From: a virus | Taxonomy: Duplodnaviria > Caudoviricetes | IMG/VR virus record: IMGVR_UViG_3300014492_000001 | Span: 1 to 52,761 of that record | Direction: 5' to 3' (one strand) | Length of the DNA: 52,761 nucleotides | In this document: positions 45,485-52,761 of the stretch, in pieces | Position numbering within the stretch: the first letter of the stretch is position 1 | Layout: the number at the start of each line of letters is the position of its first letter | The notes under the pieces: model-generated | Told to the model about the DNA's origin: nothing | Seen by the model: only the letters and a program-made list of their open reading frames with translations | Databases searched by the model: none | Position numbers and translations under genes: made by a program

Positions 45485-46528
45485 ATGGGTTATCTGTTTT
45501 CAGAGGCAGTGAAGACCTTTCCTCAGACAGCGGTACAAAATACTACCGCCCCGACCTTCTCTGGCGTTTCGAGCGTTGTTCCTAACAACGATGGATCGAT
45601 AACCGCAAACTGGTCAGTCGCTACTGGAGCTGCTGCTACACCTATTCGATACAAGGTTTATATTGCGTTAGGGGCAAGTGTGGCTCCTACAACTCTTTTC
45701 GTCGGGGCAAACATCGCTGGAGAAGTGCAGTCGGGTTCCACATTCGCAAACATTTTTCAGCTCGGCGACAAGGCGACCTATCTCATCAACGGCTTGACAT
45801 ACACCGTGGGTGTCCGCGCTTACAGTGCCGAGAACATCACAGAGACCAACAACGCTACTTTAAACGTAACTGCGGTTGCTTCTGGGAATATCGGCGGTGT
45901 TATTCAAGCAACTTCGTCGGCTCTTATCGCGACTCAGCTACTACTTCAAACTGACCACTCTAATTTTCAAGCGGATCATACCGCCTTCCAGGGAGACCAC
46001 ACGGCGTTCCAAGGAGATCACTCCAACTTCCAAACCGACCACACGAACTTTGGAACGGATCACTCTAACTTTCTTACTGACCATTCGAACTTCCAGAGCG
46101 ATCTATCTACCTTCGCTGCAGACCTCGCTACGTTCGCTACAGGGCTCACGGCGTTCGCGAATAGCAATACGGCCTTCGCCTCTTCCCTTACTACGCTAGC
46201 GGCTAACCTGAGCACTCTGGCGGGGCAACTTACGACGTTCGCAACTAATAATACGAACGCGGCGACAAATAACTCGACCCTCGCTGGCTACGTCGCCACG
46301 CTTTCATCTCAACTTACCGCACTGGCAACGACGGCCGCATCTCTGGCTTCTTCGGATGCTGGGATCGCAGCTTCTATCGTGGAGCTGAATAACACGGTGG
46401 ATTTATTCGAATCCTTAACGGACACCCTAGAGGCTCTAGTTTCGACCTTAAGCTCTGCCGTGATTCCTACTGACGTTTTAGGCGCAGTAGTTGATGATGA
46501 TGAGATTACGGGACTCGTAGAAGGATAG
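45485..46528 (+). CDS. Fn3-like domain plus long heptad coiled coil (putative fibre/whisker)
   Basis: 'APTFSG...ITANWS.A...YTVGVRA' followed by xDHxxFx heptads. Confidence 0.65.
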   Translation: MGYLFSEAVKTFPQTAVQNTTAPTFSGVSSVVPNNDGSITANWSVATGAAATPIRYKVYIALGASVAPTTLFVGANIAGEVQSGSTFANIFQLGDKATYLINGLTYTVGVRAYSAENITETNNATLNVTAVASGNIGGVIQATSSALIATQLLLQTDHSNFQADHTAFQGDHTAFQGDHSNFQTDHTNFGTDHSNFLTDHSNFQSDLSTFAADLATFATGLTAFANSNTAFASSLTTLAANLSTLAGQLTTFATNNTNAATNNSTLAGYVATLSSQLTALATTAASLASSDAGIAASIVELNNTVDLFESLTDTLEALVSTLSSAVIPTDVLGAVVDDDEITGLVEG

Positions 46529-46536
46529 GAGAGAAG

Positions 46537-46902
46537 ATGCCATCACAGATCATTCAAGGTGCGGATAAGGCTTTAGCGGTCAGACTCTCTAGCGAGTCAA
46601 CCGGAGATCCGTTTGATCTTTCTTCTGCAACCGAGATCGAGGCTAGATTCTTAAACGCAGACGGATCTTGCCAACATTACGACCTCAGTACTGGGGGAGT
46701 GACCATCCTAAGCGCAGGAGCAGGAAAGTTTCAGGTTAACCTTCCAGCCAGTGGTACCTCTCTTCTCGCTCCTACGGATAACACCCAGGACCCGCTTCTT
46801 TATCAGGGTGTCGAAATCCACGTTGAGATCGCGGGTAAGGAGACGATTATCAACCTCCCGTCTACGATCGACGTACAACCACCTCTCTTTCCTGGCTGCT
46901 AA
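46537..46902 (+). CDS. BppU-N-like / Ig-like virion attachment protein
   Basis: 'IIQGADK...PFDLSSAT...GKFQVNL....T'. Confidence 0.5.
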   Translation: MPSQIIQGADKALAVRLSSESTGDPFDLSSATEIEARFLNADGSCQHYDLSTGGVTILSAGAGKFQVNLPASGTSLLAPTDNTQDPLLYQGVEIHVEIAGKETIINLPSTIDVQPPLFPGC

Positions 46903-47177
46903 TGGCTAAGTTCGAAGAAGATTTAGACGAGCAGACTGGGGTAACTCCGAAGAAGAAGAGCCCTGCAGATATGCAGAAGTCTCCACTCGACCTCTTGAAT
47001 GACGCCGTCGACGAAACCGCCGAGAAGCGCCAAGACGACTTAAACGACACCTGGGGAGTGGTAAACGGAGAACCTCACCACGGGCACGACAACACGAATA
47101 ATAGAACTCCAGGGTCTAATGCCAGCGAAGGTCGCGGAGACCACAAATGGGGCATCAACGATAACGGTTCCAAATAA
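46902..47177 (+). CDS. Acidic, disordered small protein
   Basis: TAATG-coupled ORF. Confidence 0.5.
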   Translation: MAKFEEDLDEQTGVTPKKKSPADMQKSPLDLLNDAVDETAEKRQDDLNDTWGVVNGEPHHGHDNTNNRTPGSNASEGRGDHKWGINDNGSK

Positions 47178-47204
47178 TCAAATACGCATTTAGACTTTTA
47201 AATA

Positions 47205-48149
47205 ATGGATGTTCAACACGAGATCGTGTCGCTTTTGAAGCAGCTAGCATCTGAGCTTGGCTATACTCCCAGCATGAGGGAGTTTCATCAAAAATCAGGC
47301 ATATCGGAAAGAAGACTCTTTAAGGCTTTCGGAGCCTATAGCGTAGCCGTTCAAGCGGCGGGACTAGAACCAAACAAGCCCGGTAAGAGAAAGATTACAA
47401 ACTCTATTTTCGAAGTTTCGATCGAGCAACACCTCGAAGATTATCAACCGAATGAACATAAAGAGAGAAAGCCCTATTCTACGATGGCGGTTATTTCAGA
47501 CATCCACTGGCCGTTTCACTGCCAAAGGGTGATTGACAAGTTCTACGAACACATTAAAGAACATCAACCTGCGTACGTTATCCTCGATGGCGATGCTAAA
47601 GACATGTACTCTCATTCTAAGTTTCCAAGGTCCCATAACATCTTCACTCCTATCGAAGAAGAGAAGATGGCGAGAAATCTAAATGAGACGTTCTGGAAAG
47701 AAGTGAAGAAGCGTTGTCCTAAAGCGAAGTGCATTCAGATCCTCGGTAATCATGACGTTCGTCCCCTTAAGAGAACCCTGGAAACCGCTCCCACAATGGA
47801 GCATTGGATCGAGAAGTATTTCGAGGAGCTATTCACCTATCCAGGTGTGGAGACCATCTTTGATTCTCGTCAGGAGCTTCTGTTTGATGATGTGCTTATA
47901 TTCCACGGTTACAGAGGCGCTGTAAATGCTCACAGGGATTACACGCTCTTAAATTGCATCACCGGCCATACTCACGTCGGCGGGACTTCTTTCCGTAGAA
48001 TCCGTGGTCAGGTTCTCTGGGAGTTGAAGACCGGATACGCAGGAGATCCGGAAGCAAAGGGGCTTACCTACACACCTCAGAAGACGACGCATTGGACGCA
48101 TGGATTCGGATACGTCTGGGCTTGGGGCCCTCAGTTTATTCCTGCTTAA
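47205..48149 (+). CDS. Calcineurin-like metallophosphoesterase with N-terminal homing-endonuclease-associated repeat
   Basis: SDIH, GD, GNHD, HG and GHTH motifs; 'LASELGYTPS..EF......FGAYS.AV.AAGL' N-terminus. Confidence 0.85.
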   Translation: MDVQHEIVSLLKQLASELGYTPSMREFHQKSGISERRLFKAFGAYSVAVQAAGLEPNKPGKRKITNSIFEVSIEQHLEDYQPNEHKERKPYSTMAVISDIHWPFHCQRVIDKFYEHIKEHQPAYVILDGDAKDMYSHSKFPRSHNIFTPIEEEKMARNLNETFWKEVKKRCPKAKCIQILGNHDVRPLKRTLETAPTMEHWIEKYFEELFTYPGVETIFDSRQELLFDDVLIFHGYRGAVNAHRDYTLLNCITGHTHVGGTSFRRIRGQVLWELKTGYAGDPEAKGLTYTPQKTTHWTHGFGYVWAWGPQFIPA

Positions 48150-48168
48150 GCTGTGTTACGGTGAGCAC

Positions 48169-49059
48169 ATGGATCTGATTACTTACAAATCTCTGCCGGC
48201 TTCAGATCAAATCAGACTTAAGAACTCTTCAAAGGTGGCAGACTCGCTCGAGATTTACTGGGCGAGAAAGATATCGGGCCACCTTGAAGATCTCACTCCA
48301 ATAGTCTTAGAAAGTCTTAGACACACTGGCAGGGTTCCTCAAATCAATCTGGATGATCTATTCATAGAACACTTCTTTGACGTATCTACTAAGGCGATGC
48401 GTTACGCGATGACCGAAGTCGAGGAGCGGGGAAAGGTTAAAAAGGTCGTAAAGGCCGCCAAGTTTCCAGTAGCTCGGATTCCAAAGAGTCTCGAAGGACT
48501 CATGAAGCTCTATGATCTTTGGCGCAAGGGGAAGTACAAGCCTAAGCGTGCAGTAAAACAAGCTAAGGCAATCAAGGACCTCTATCTCAAAAAGGTTCGA
48601 TCTGTTTGGGAAGAACACTCCGAGGACTTTCGCAAGGGCAATGTAGCGACTCAGGAACTTGTAGTTCAAGAGATCAAAGAGGCTGCGAATACAACCATAT
48701 CCAGGGCGAAGAACATTGTACGCACCGAATCCACTTCGTATTACAACCAGGCTCGCAAGGAATTCTATGACGAATCTGAAGACATCACTCATTACCTTTT
48801 CCTGGCAATACGGGACGCTGCTACTTCACCTTGGTGTACTCCTCTTACAATTCGCGGTTACCGTGGTCGTAGTGGTTTGGTTTATGCGAAGACCGATCCC
48901 CTCTGTGATAAAGAGAGACCCGCATGCCACCCAGGGTGCCGGAGCGAGTATCTTCCGCTCAACAGATTGAACCCGGCGCATCTCAAGTACATCCAAAACC
49001 TGAGCATTCAACGTCGCGAGAACACCTGCTTCCCTCTCTTGAAGGGATGGCGTTCCTAA
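48169..49059 (+). CDS. Minor head protein (Mu gpF / SPP1 gp7-like)
   Basis: 'RAKNIVRTE....YN', 'AIRD..TS.WC', 'PACHPGCRS'. Confidence 0.88.
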   Translation: MDLITYKSLPASDQIRLKNSSKVADSLEIYWARKISGHLEDLTPIVLESLRHTGRVPQINLDDLFIEHFFDVSTKAMRYAMTEVEERGKVKKVVKAAKFPVARIPKSLEGLMKLYDLWRKGKYKPKRAVKQAKAIKDLYLKKVRSVWEEHSEDFRKGNVATQELVVQEIKEAANTTISRAKNIVRTESTSYYNQARKEFYDESEDITHYLFLAIRDAATSPWCTPLTIRGYRGRSGLVYAKTDPLCDKERPACHPGCRSEYLPLNRLNPAHLKYIQNLSIQRRENTCFPLLKGWRS

Positions 49060-49101
49060 AACCTGATGACAAGGGATTAGATTCCACTTACGATCTTCTC
49101 T

Positions 49102-50691
49102 ATGTCAGTAAAGAAACTCATCGCTGGTAAACACTCATGCGTAGGACATCTGTCCTCTGGGGATGCTATCGGAGAGAATAAAGCGCGTCTTGAGAAGAAG
49201 GCGATGCTCGTTTACTGCGGTTCTTTTGATTCTATGGATGGCCCGGTCGAGATCACGGAAGATCATATTGACCAACTCATCCTGAATCATAACCTAAGAC
49301 TAGAGAAATTGACTCAGCTAGCTAGCGATCCCGCTCATATAGAGAAATCGATGCCACCGCTTCAACTAGATCACAGCACCTCCGCTAGAGATACGGTGGG
49401 GAGAGTTGTTGGAAAGCTGAGCAAGGGCCAGTACACGCGCCCCGACGGTGAGACCGTGCCCTGCCTAGAGTGCGACAAGGTGATCGTTCTCGGGTCCGAT
49501 AATGCGGAAAAGGTTGCCGATGGCCGCTGGTCGAACGTGAGCATTGGAGCTGATCTAGATAAGGGAGTTCTTAGTGAGCTCTCGATTACCCCTTTCCCTG
49601 CCGCCGAGAATGCTGCCCTGTTGGCGGCTAAGAAGAATTCTGAATTGTCACAAGGAGACGCTATGCACGAGAAACTGAAGAAGCACTTAATGAAAGAACA
49701 CGGAATGGAAGAAGGCTCTGCTGAAGAGATGTGCCATGCGATGCATAAGCACCTCGTAGAAAAGCTCGGCATGGACCACACCAAGGCCGCAGAACACCTT
49801 TCCTCAATGAACGAGTACGAGACCAAGGCGTTAATGAAGCACCTCGCAGAATCTACTCAGGTTCCTAGCGCTGAAAAACTCTCTGCCGAAGAAGAAGAGA
49901 AGAAAAAGCTTGCCGAGAAGGAAGAGGAAGAAAAGAAGAAGTTGGCCGATGACGTGAAGGAAGACGAGAAAAAGAATCTCGCTGACGACGTTAAAGAGAA
50001 GGAAGAAAAGCTTTCCGCCGCTCGCGCCAAGATTATTACCCTCTCCAAAGGATTGAAGACCGGACTTAAGGAAACCAAACTTAAAACCCGCGAACAGTCT
50101 ATTATTGCTCGCGTAGCACGTCTTCGTTCGATGGCGAAGATTACCCCAGCAGAGCAAAAAAAGATCAACCTTGCTGAGCTTTCTACTAAGCCAGAGGCTG
50201 AATTAGACGCGTTCTTCAAGGGCTATGAGATCCGCGAGAACGTAATCGATGCGCGCGTGATCGGTACGACCCGCGCTCTTAGCCTCGCTGCCTTGAAGAA
50301 AGAAACTAAAGAAGTCCGCATGAGCCGCCTTGAAGCTGAAGGCCGTAAGGATATGGGAATGCCGATGGACGAGGAGCAAAAGAAAGCTCTCGCCGATGCA
50401 GATCCTCATAAAGAAATGGCTCAAGAGACTCAAGTTCCGCACGACGAAATGTTGAAGCATCTCGGAGATATGCTCGCGTCTTACGATCAACGCGACGCTG
50501 TCATGGCTCACGTTCAGAAGATGATGGAAATGAAACACATGAGTGACATGGCTCCGGAGCAAGCCGAGAGCACCGAAAAACAAATGTCTGCACTTGCGGA
50601 AAACGTAAACAGGCTTCAAACTCAATTCCAAGACCTCATCTCGTTGATCGGGGATACCGCCGGAATTAAGTCTGAAGACTTAGCTGAGTAA
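49102..50691 (+). CDS. Prohead protease-scaffold (Mu gpI-like)
   Basis: 'LQLDH', 'GRV', 'VSIG', 'ITPFPA', then a charged helical tail. Confidence 0.8.
   Translation: MSVKKLIAGKHSCVGHLSSGDAIGENKARLEKKAMLVYCGSFDSMDGPVEITEDHIDQLILNHNLRLEKLTQLASDPAHIEKSMPPLQLDHSTSARDTVGRVVGKLSKGQYTRPDGETVPCLECDKVIVLGSDNAEKVADGRWSNVSIGADLDKGVLSELSITPFPAAENAALLAAKKNSELSQGDAMHEKLKKHLMKEHGMEEGSAEEMCHAMHKHLVEKLGMDHTKAAEHLSSMNEYETKALMKHLAESTQVPSAEKLSAEEEEKKKLAEKEEEEKKKLADDVKEDEKKNLADDVKEKEEKLSAARAKIITLSKGLKTGLKETKLKTREQSIIARVARLRSMAKITPAEQKKINLAELSTKPEAELDAFFKGYEIRENVIDARVIGTTRALSLAALKKETKEVRMSRLEAEGRKDMGMPMDEEQKKALADADPHKEMAQETQVPHDEMLKHLGDMLASYDQRDAVMAHVQKMMEMKHMSDMAPEQAESTEKQMSALAENVNRLQTQFQDLISLIGDTAGIKSEDLAE
49663..50691 (+). 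CDS. Nested in-frame scaffolding protein
   Basis: Internal SD AAGGAG plus ATG at the protease/scaffold boundary. Confidence 0.6.
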   Translation: MHEKLKKHLMKEHGMEEGSAEEMCHAMHKHLVEKLGMDHTKAAEHLSSMNEYETKALMKHLAESTQVPSAEKLSAEEEEKKKLAEKEEEEKKKLADDVKEDEKKNLADDVKEKEEKLSAARAKIITLSKGLKTGLKETKLKTREQSIIARVARLRSMAKITPAEQKKINLAELSTKPEAELDAFFKGYEIRENVIDARVIGTTRALSLAALKKETKEVRMSRLEAEGRKDMGMPMDEEQKKALADADPHKEMAQETQVPHDEMLKHLGDMLASYDQRDAVMAHVQKMMEMKHMSDMAPEQAESTEKQMSALAENVNRLQTQFQDLISLIGDTAGIKSEDLAE

Positions 50692-50700
50692 GGAGAAGAA

Positions 50701-51150
50701 ATGGGAACTCAAGACGCACGGTTTAGTAATCAGATTTTTCGCTACGATAACCCCATCATCTTGGCATGCCGCCGAGATCAAGCAGTATTCATCGGTGTTC
50801 GTATTCCATACGACGCTACTGGATACCTGCCGGGACAAGTCCTAGCTTATAACCCTACCGATGGGCTCTACTACAAGTACAGCGCATCCCTTCCTTCGGA
50901 TCAGGGTGGTGGAGCTGTCTCCGGCACTCTTACCGCATCCGTTGTTCTGTTCGACCAAGCAAACCAAGATCAACAGCTTGCTGATGGAAGTGGTTTGGCT
51001 GGTGTTTCCGGCGCTTCGCTGGTTCGCGCTTTGGCTGGTGCGGTTGTCTACACTGCAAATCTTATCGACTACACTTCACAAGCGAAGTCCCAACTCGGCG
51101 GAAAAGACCGTGTTGATGCTGGTGGTGTTGGCTTAACTCGGTTCTACTAA
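50701..51150 (+). CDS. Head decoration protein
   Basis: Between scaffold and MCP; 'GQVLAY...GLY'. Confidence 0.7.
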   Translation: MGTQDARFSNQIFRYDNPIILACRRDQAVFIGVRIPYDATGYLPGQVLAYNPTDGLYYKYSASLPSDQGGGAVSGTLTASVVLFDQANQDQQLADGSGLAGVSGASLVRALAGAVVYTANLIDYTSQAKSQLGGKDRVDAGGVGLTRFY

Positions 51151-51160
51151 GGGGGATTTT

Positions 51161-52273
51161 ATGGCTAATGAATTTTTTACTGATGAGTACACTGCAGTTA
51201 TGCAGAAGCTCATTTTCGAAGTGGTGAATGATCCGAGTACCTACCAAGGATCTCGTATCCTTCCAGCAGTGGCGATTCCTGTTAAGAAGATTCGTACCGA
51301 AGTGGTCGAAGCTTCCGGTGGGTTGACTCTTGAGCATGTTCGCGGAACTGATGTCCAATACGTTCAGTCTTTCGGCAGCCGCGTTCAAGAGTACGTCGCT
51401 CCAGAGTACAAGGAAGCGATTCACTACGACGAAGACAAGATCTTGAACTTCCGCGAATTGGGGCAAAACGATGTCTCTAAGCGCGGTATCCGTATGCTGA
51501 TCAATGAAGACATCAAGCGTTTGAATAGACGCCTTGAAGCCCGCATCGAGAAGCTTCGTTGGGATAACATCTTCAACGGCGGTTTTAGCTACCAAGGGAA
51601 GACTTTCTCCTTCGGTATTCCTGCACAGAACAAGGTGGCTCCGATTACTGCCCTTTGGTCTACGGACGGGATCAACGCTAACGCTGCTGCAAACCCATTG
51701 ATCGACATTCGATATTGGTTGCAAGGTGGATACGCTCCTTACCGCAAGTACAACATCTTGCGCATGATCATGAACCCTAATACCGCTCGTTGGATCTTGG
51801 ACAACGCGAACACTCGCTCGTTCTTGACCTCTTATGGTGCGAATCCTTTGCTCGGTGAATACACCGTTCAGAAGGTTCTCGGGCTCCTCGTGCCAGGCGC
51901 ACCCGAGGTCTTGATCTATAACGGTTGGTGGCAGCAAGAGTCCATCGGCAGCGGAACGACCAATACTGGTCTTCCTGCGGTCGCTGGTCAGATCACTGTC
52001 GCAAACGCAACCTACTTCATCCCAGATGGCTCGATCTTCTTCGAAGCGGCCCTTCCTGGTGGTGACAAGATTGGTGAGTTCGTGGAAGGCATTCACTTGG
52101 CTTCCGGGACTGTCGACAGCCCAGGCTACGGTAAGTTCATCGTCCCAGAAGAGAATATCGCTCCTGGTACGAAGGGCGGACCAGGTAATCCATACATCGA
52201 CGTTATCGCGGGTGTCCGTGGTGGCGTAAAGTTGGATCGTGCATGGGACGTGTTGACCGCTCAAGTTAGCTAA
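51161..52273 (+). CDS. Major capsid protein (lambda gpE-like family)
   Basis: 370 aa; 'LNRRLEARIE', 'W......NPLIDI', 'FIPDG'; followed by a terminator. Confidence 0.9.
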   Translation: MANEFFTDEYTAVMQKLIFEVVNDPSTYQGSRILPAVAIPVKKIRTEVVEASGGLTLEHVRGTDVQYVQSFGSRVQEYVAPEYKEAIHYDEDKILNFRELGQNDVSKRGIRMLINEDIKRLNRRLEARIEKLRWDNIFNGGFSYQGKTFSFGIPAQNKVAPITALWSTDGINANAAANPLIDIRYWLQGGYAPYRKYNILRMIMNPNTARWILDNANTRSFLTSYGANPLLGEYTVQKVLGLLVPGAPEVLIYNGWWQQESIGSGTTNTGLPAVAGQITVANATYFIPDGSIFFEAALPGGDKIGEFVEGIHLASGTVDSPGYGKFIVPEENIAPGTKGGPGNPYIDVIAGVRGGVKLDRAWDVLTAQVS

Positions 52274-52286
52274 GCTGCTCCGTATT

Positions 52287-52318
52287 GGGGGGAGGGATAA
52301 AATCCTCCCCCTTCTTTT
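52287..52318 (+). terminator. Terminator after MCP
   Basis: GGGGGAGGGAT-AAA-ATCCTCCCCC followed by TTCTTTT. Confidence 0.75.
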
Positions 52319-52339
52319 AACCCGAAAGGACTCCCCGAA

Positions 52340-52729
52340 ATGGAAACTCAGACTGAAAAGACTAAAATGACGAACCCTCCTCAATCTCAAACCCAAATGG
52401 TTGCCGCAGAGAAGACGAAGAAGATGTACAAGCTCGTTGCTCTCCAGCCTTTTAACGTTGGCGAGGTAGAGTGGAAGGAAGGCCAGATCGTTCGCGACGG
52501 CACGAAGACTATTTTCCCAGGCGAGATTATCGAAGTAGACGGAAGACGTGCTCGTGACCTCTGCAAGAAGATCGAAGGCGGCTATGCTTTCTCAGGAGAG
52601 CGTTACAATGCCGATCAGGATCTTCCTAAACACAATTTAACTCGCGCTCGTTTAGCGACGGCTGCAGACCTTGTCGAAAAGGCTGGTCCGATTACCCCGT
52701 TTGATGATGAAAATCGTTTCGAGGACTGA
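52340..52729 (+). CDS. Hypothetical head-associated protein
   Basis: SD AAGGA; lies between MCP and the adaptor gene. Confidence 0.6.
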   Translation: METQTEKTKMTNPPQSQTQMVAAEKTKKMYKLVALQPFNVGEVEWKEGQIVRDGTKTIFPGEIIEVDGRRARDLCKKIEGGYAFSGERYNADQDLPKHNLTRARLATAADLVEKAGPITPFDDENRFED

Positions 52730-52761
52730 CCTTAGGGCTTTATTCGGGGAGTTCGAAGGGT
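52639..52761. repeat. Terminal direct repeat, copy 2
   Basis: Identical to 1-123. Confidence 0.97.

Noticed and set aside
51062-52396. 444-aa antisense ORF opposite the major capsid gene
   Set aside because: No recognisable motifs; typical shadow ORF from the codon bias of a highly expressed gene.

Overview
This is a complete, circularly permuted genome of a small contractile-tailed (myovirus-like) dsDNA phage. Positions 1-123 repeat exactly at 52639-52761, giving a unit length of 52,638 bp. Morphogenesis genes are Mu-like: DUF935-type portal, gpF, gpI protease/scaffold, sheath, tube, DNA-circularization protein and gp44-48 baseplate. There is no transposase or integrase. Replication is lambdoid-like (initiator with internal iterons, AEP-type primase, DnaB-like helicase, RecE/RecT, RuvC-like resolvase). 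Most striking: (1) three tail-fibre-like genes carry Sec signal peptides, two are domain paralogues of the unsecreted fibre, and two have paired cysteines, suggesting exported or periplasm-matured fibres; (2) two sugar-nucleotide/glycosyltransferase cassettes; (3) an HNH gene fully overprinted inside an open recT frame, and another HNH that appears to leave the tail tube with an ACG start; (4) a CsrA homologue alongside several apparently leaderless genes; (5) a repeat-delimited small-gene cassette array. All family calls come from motif recognition by eye, with no database searches. A Gram-negative, possibly Bdellovibrionota-like host is inference only.
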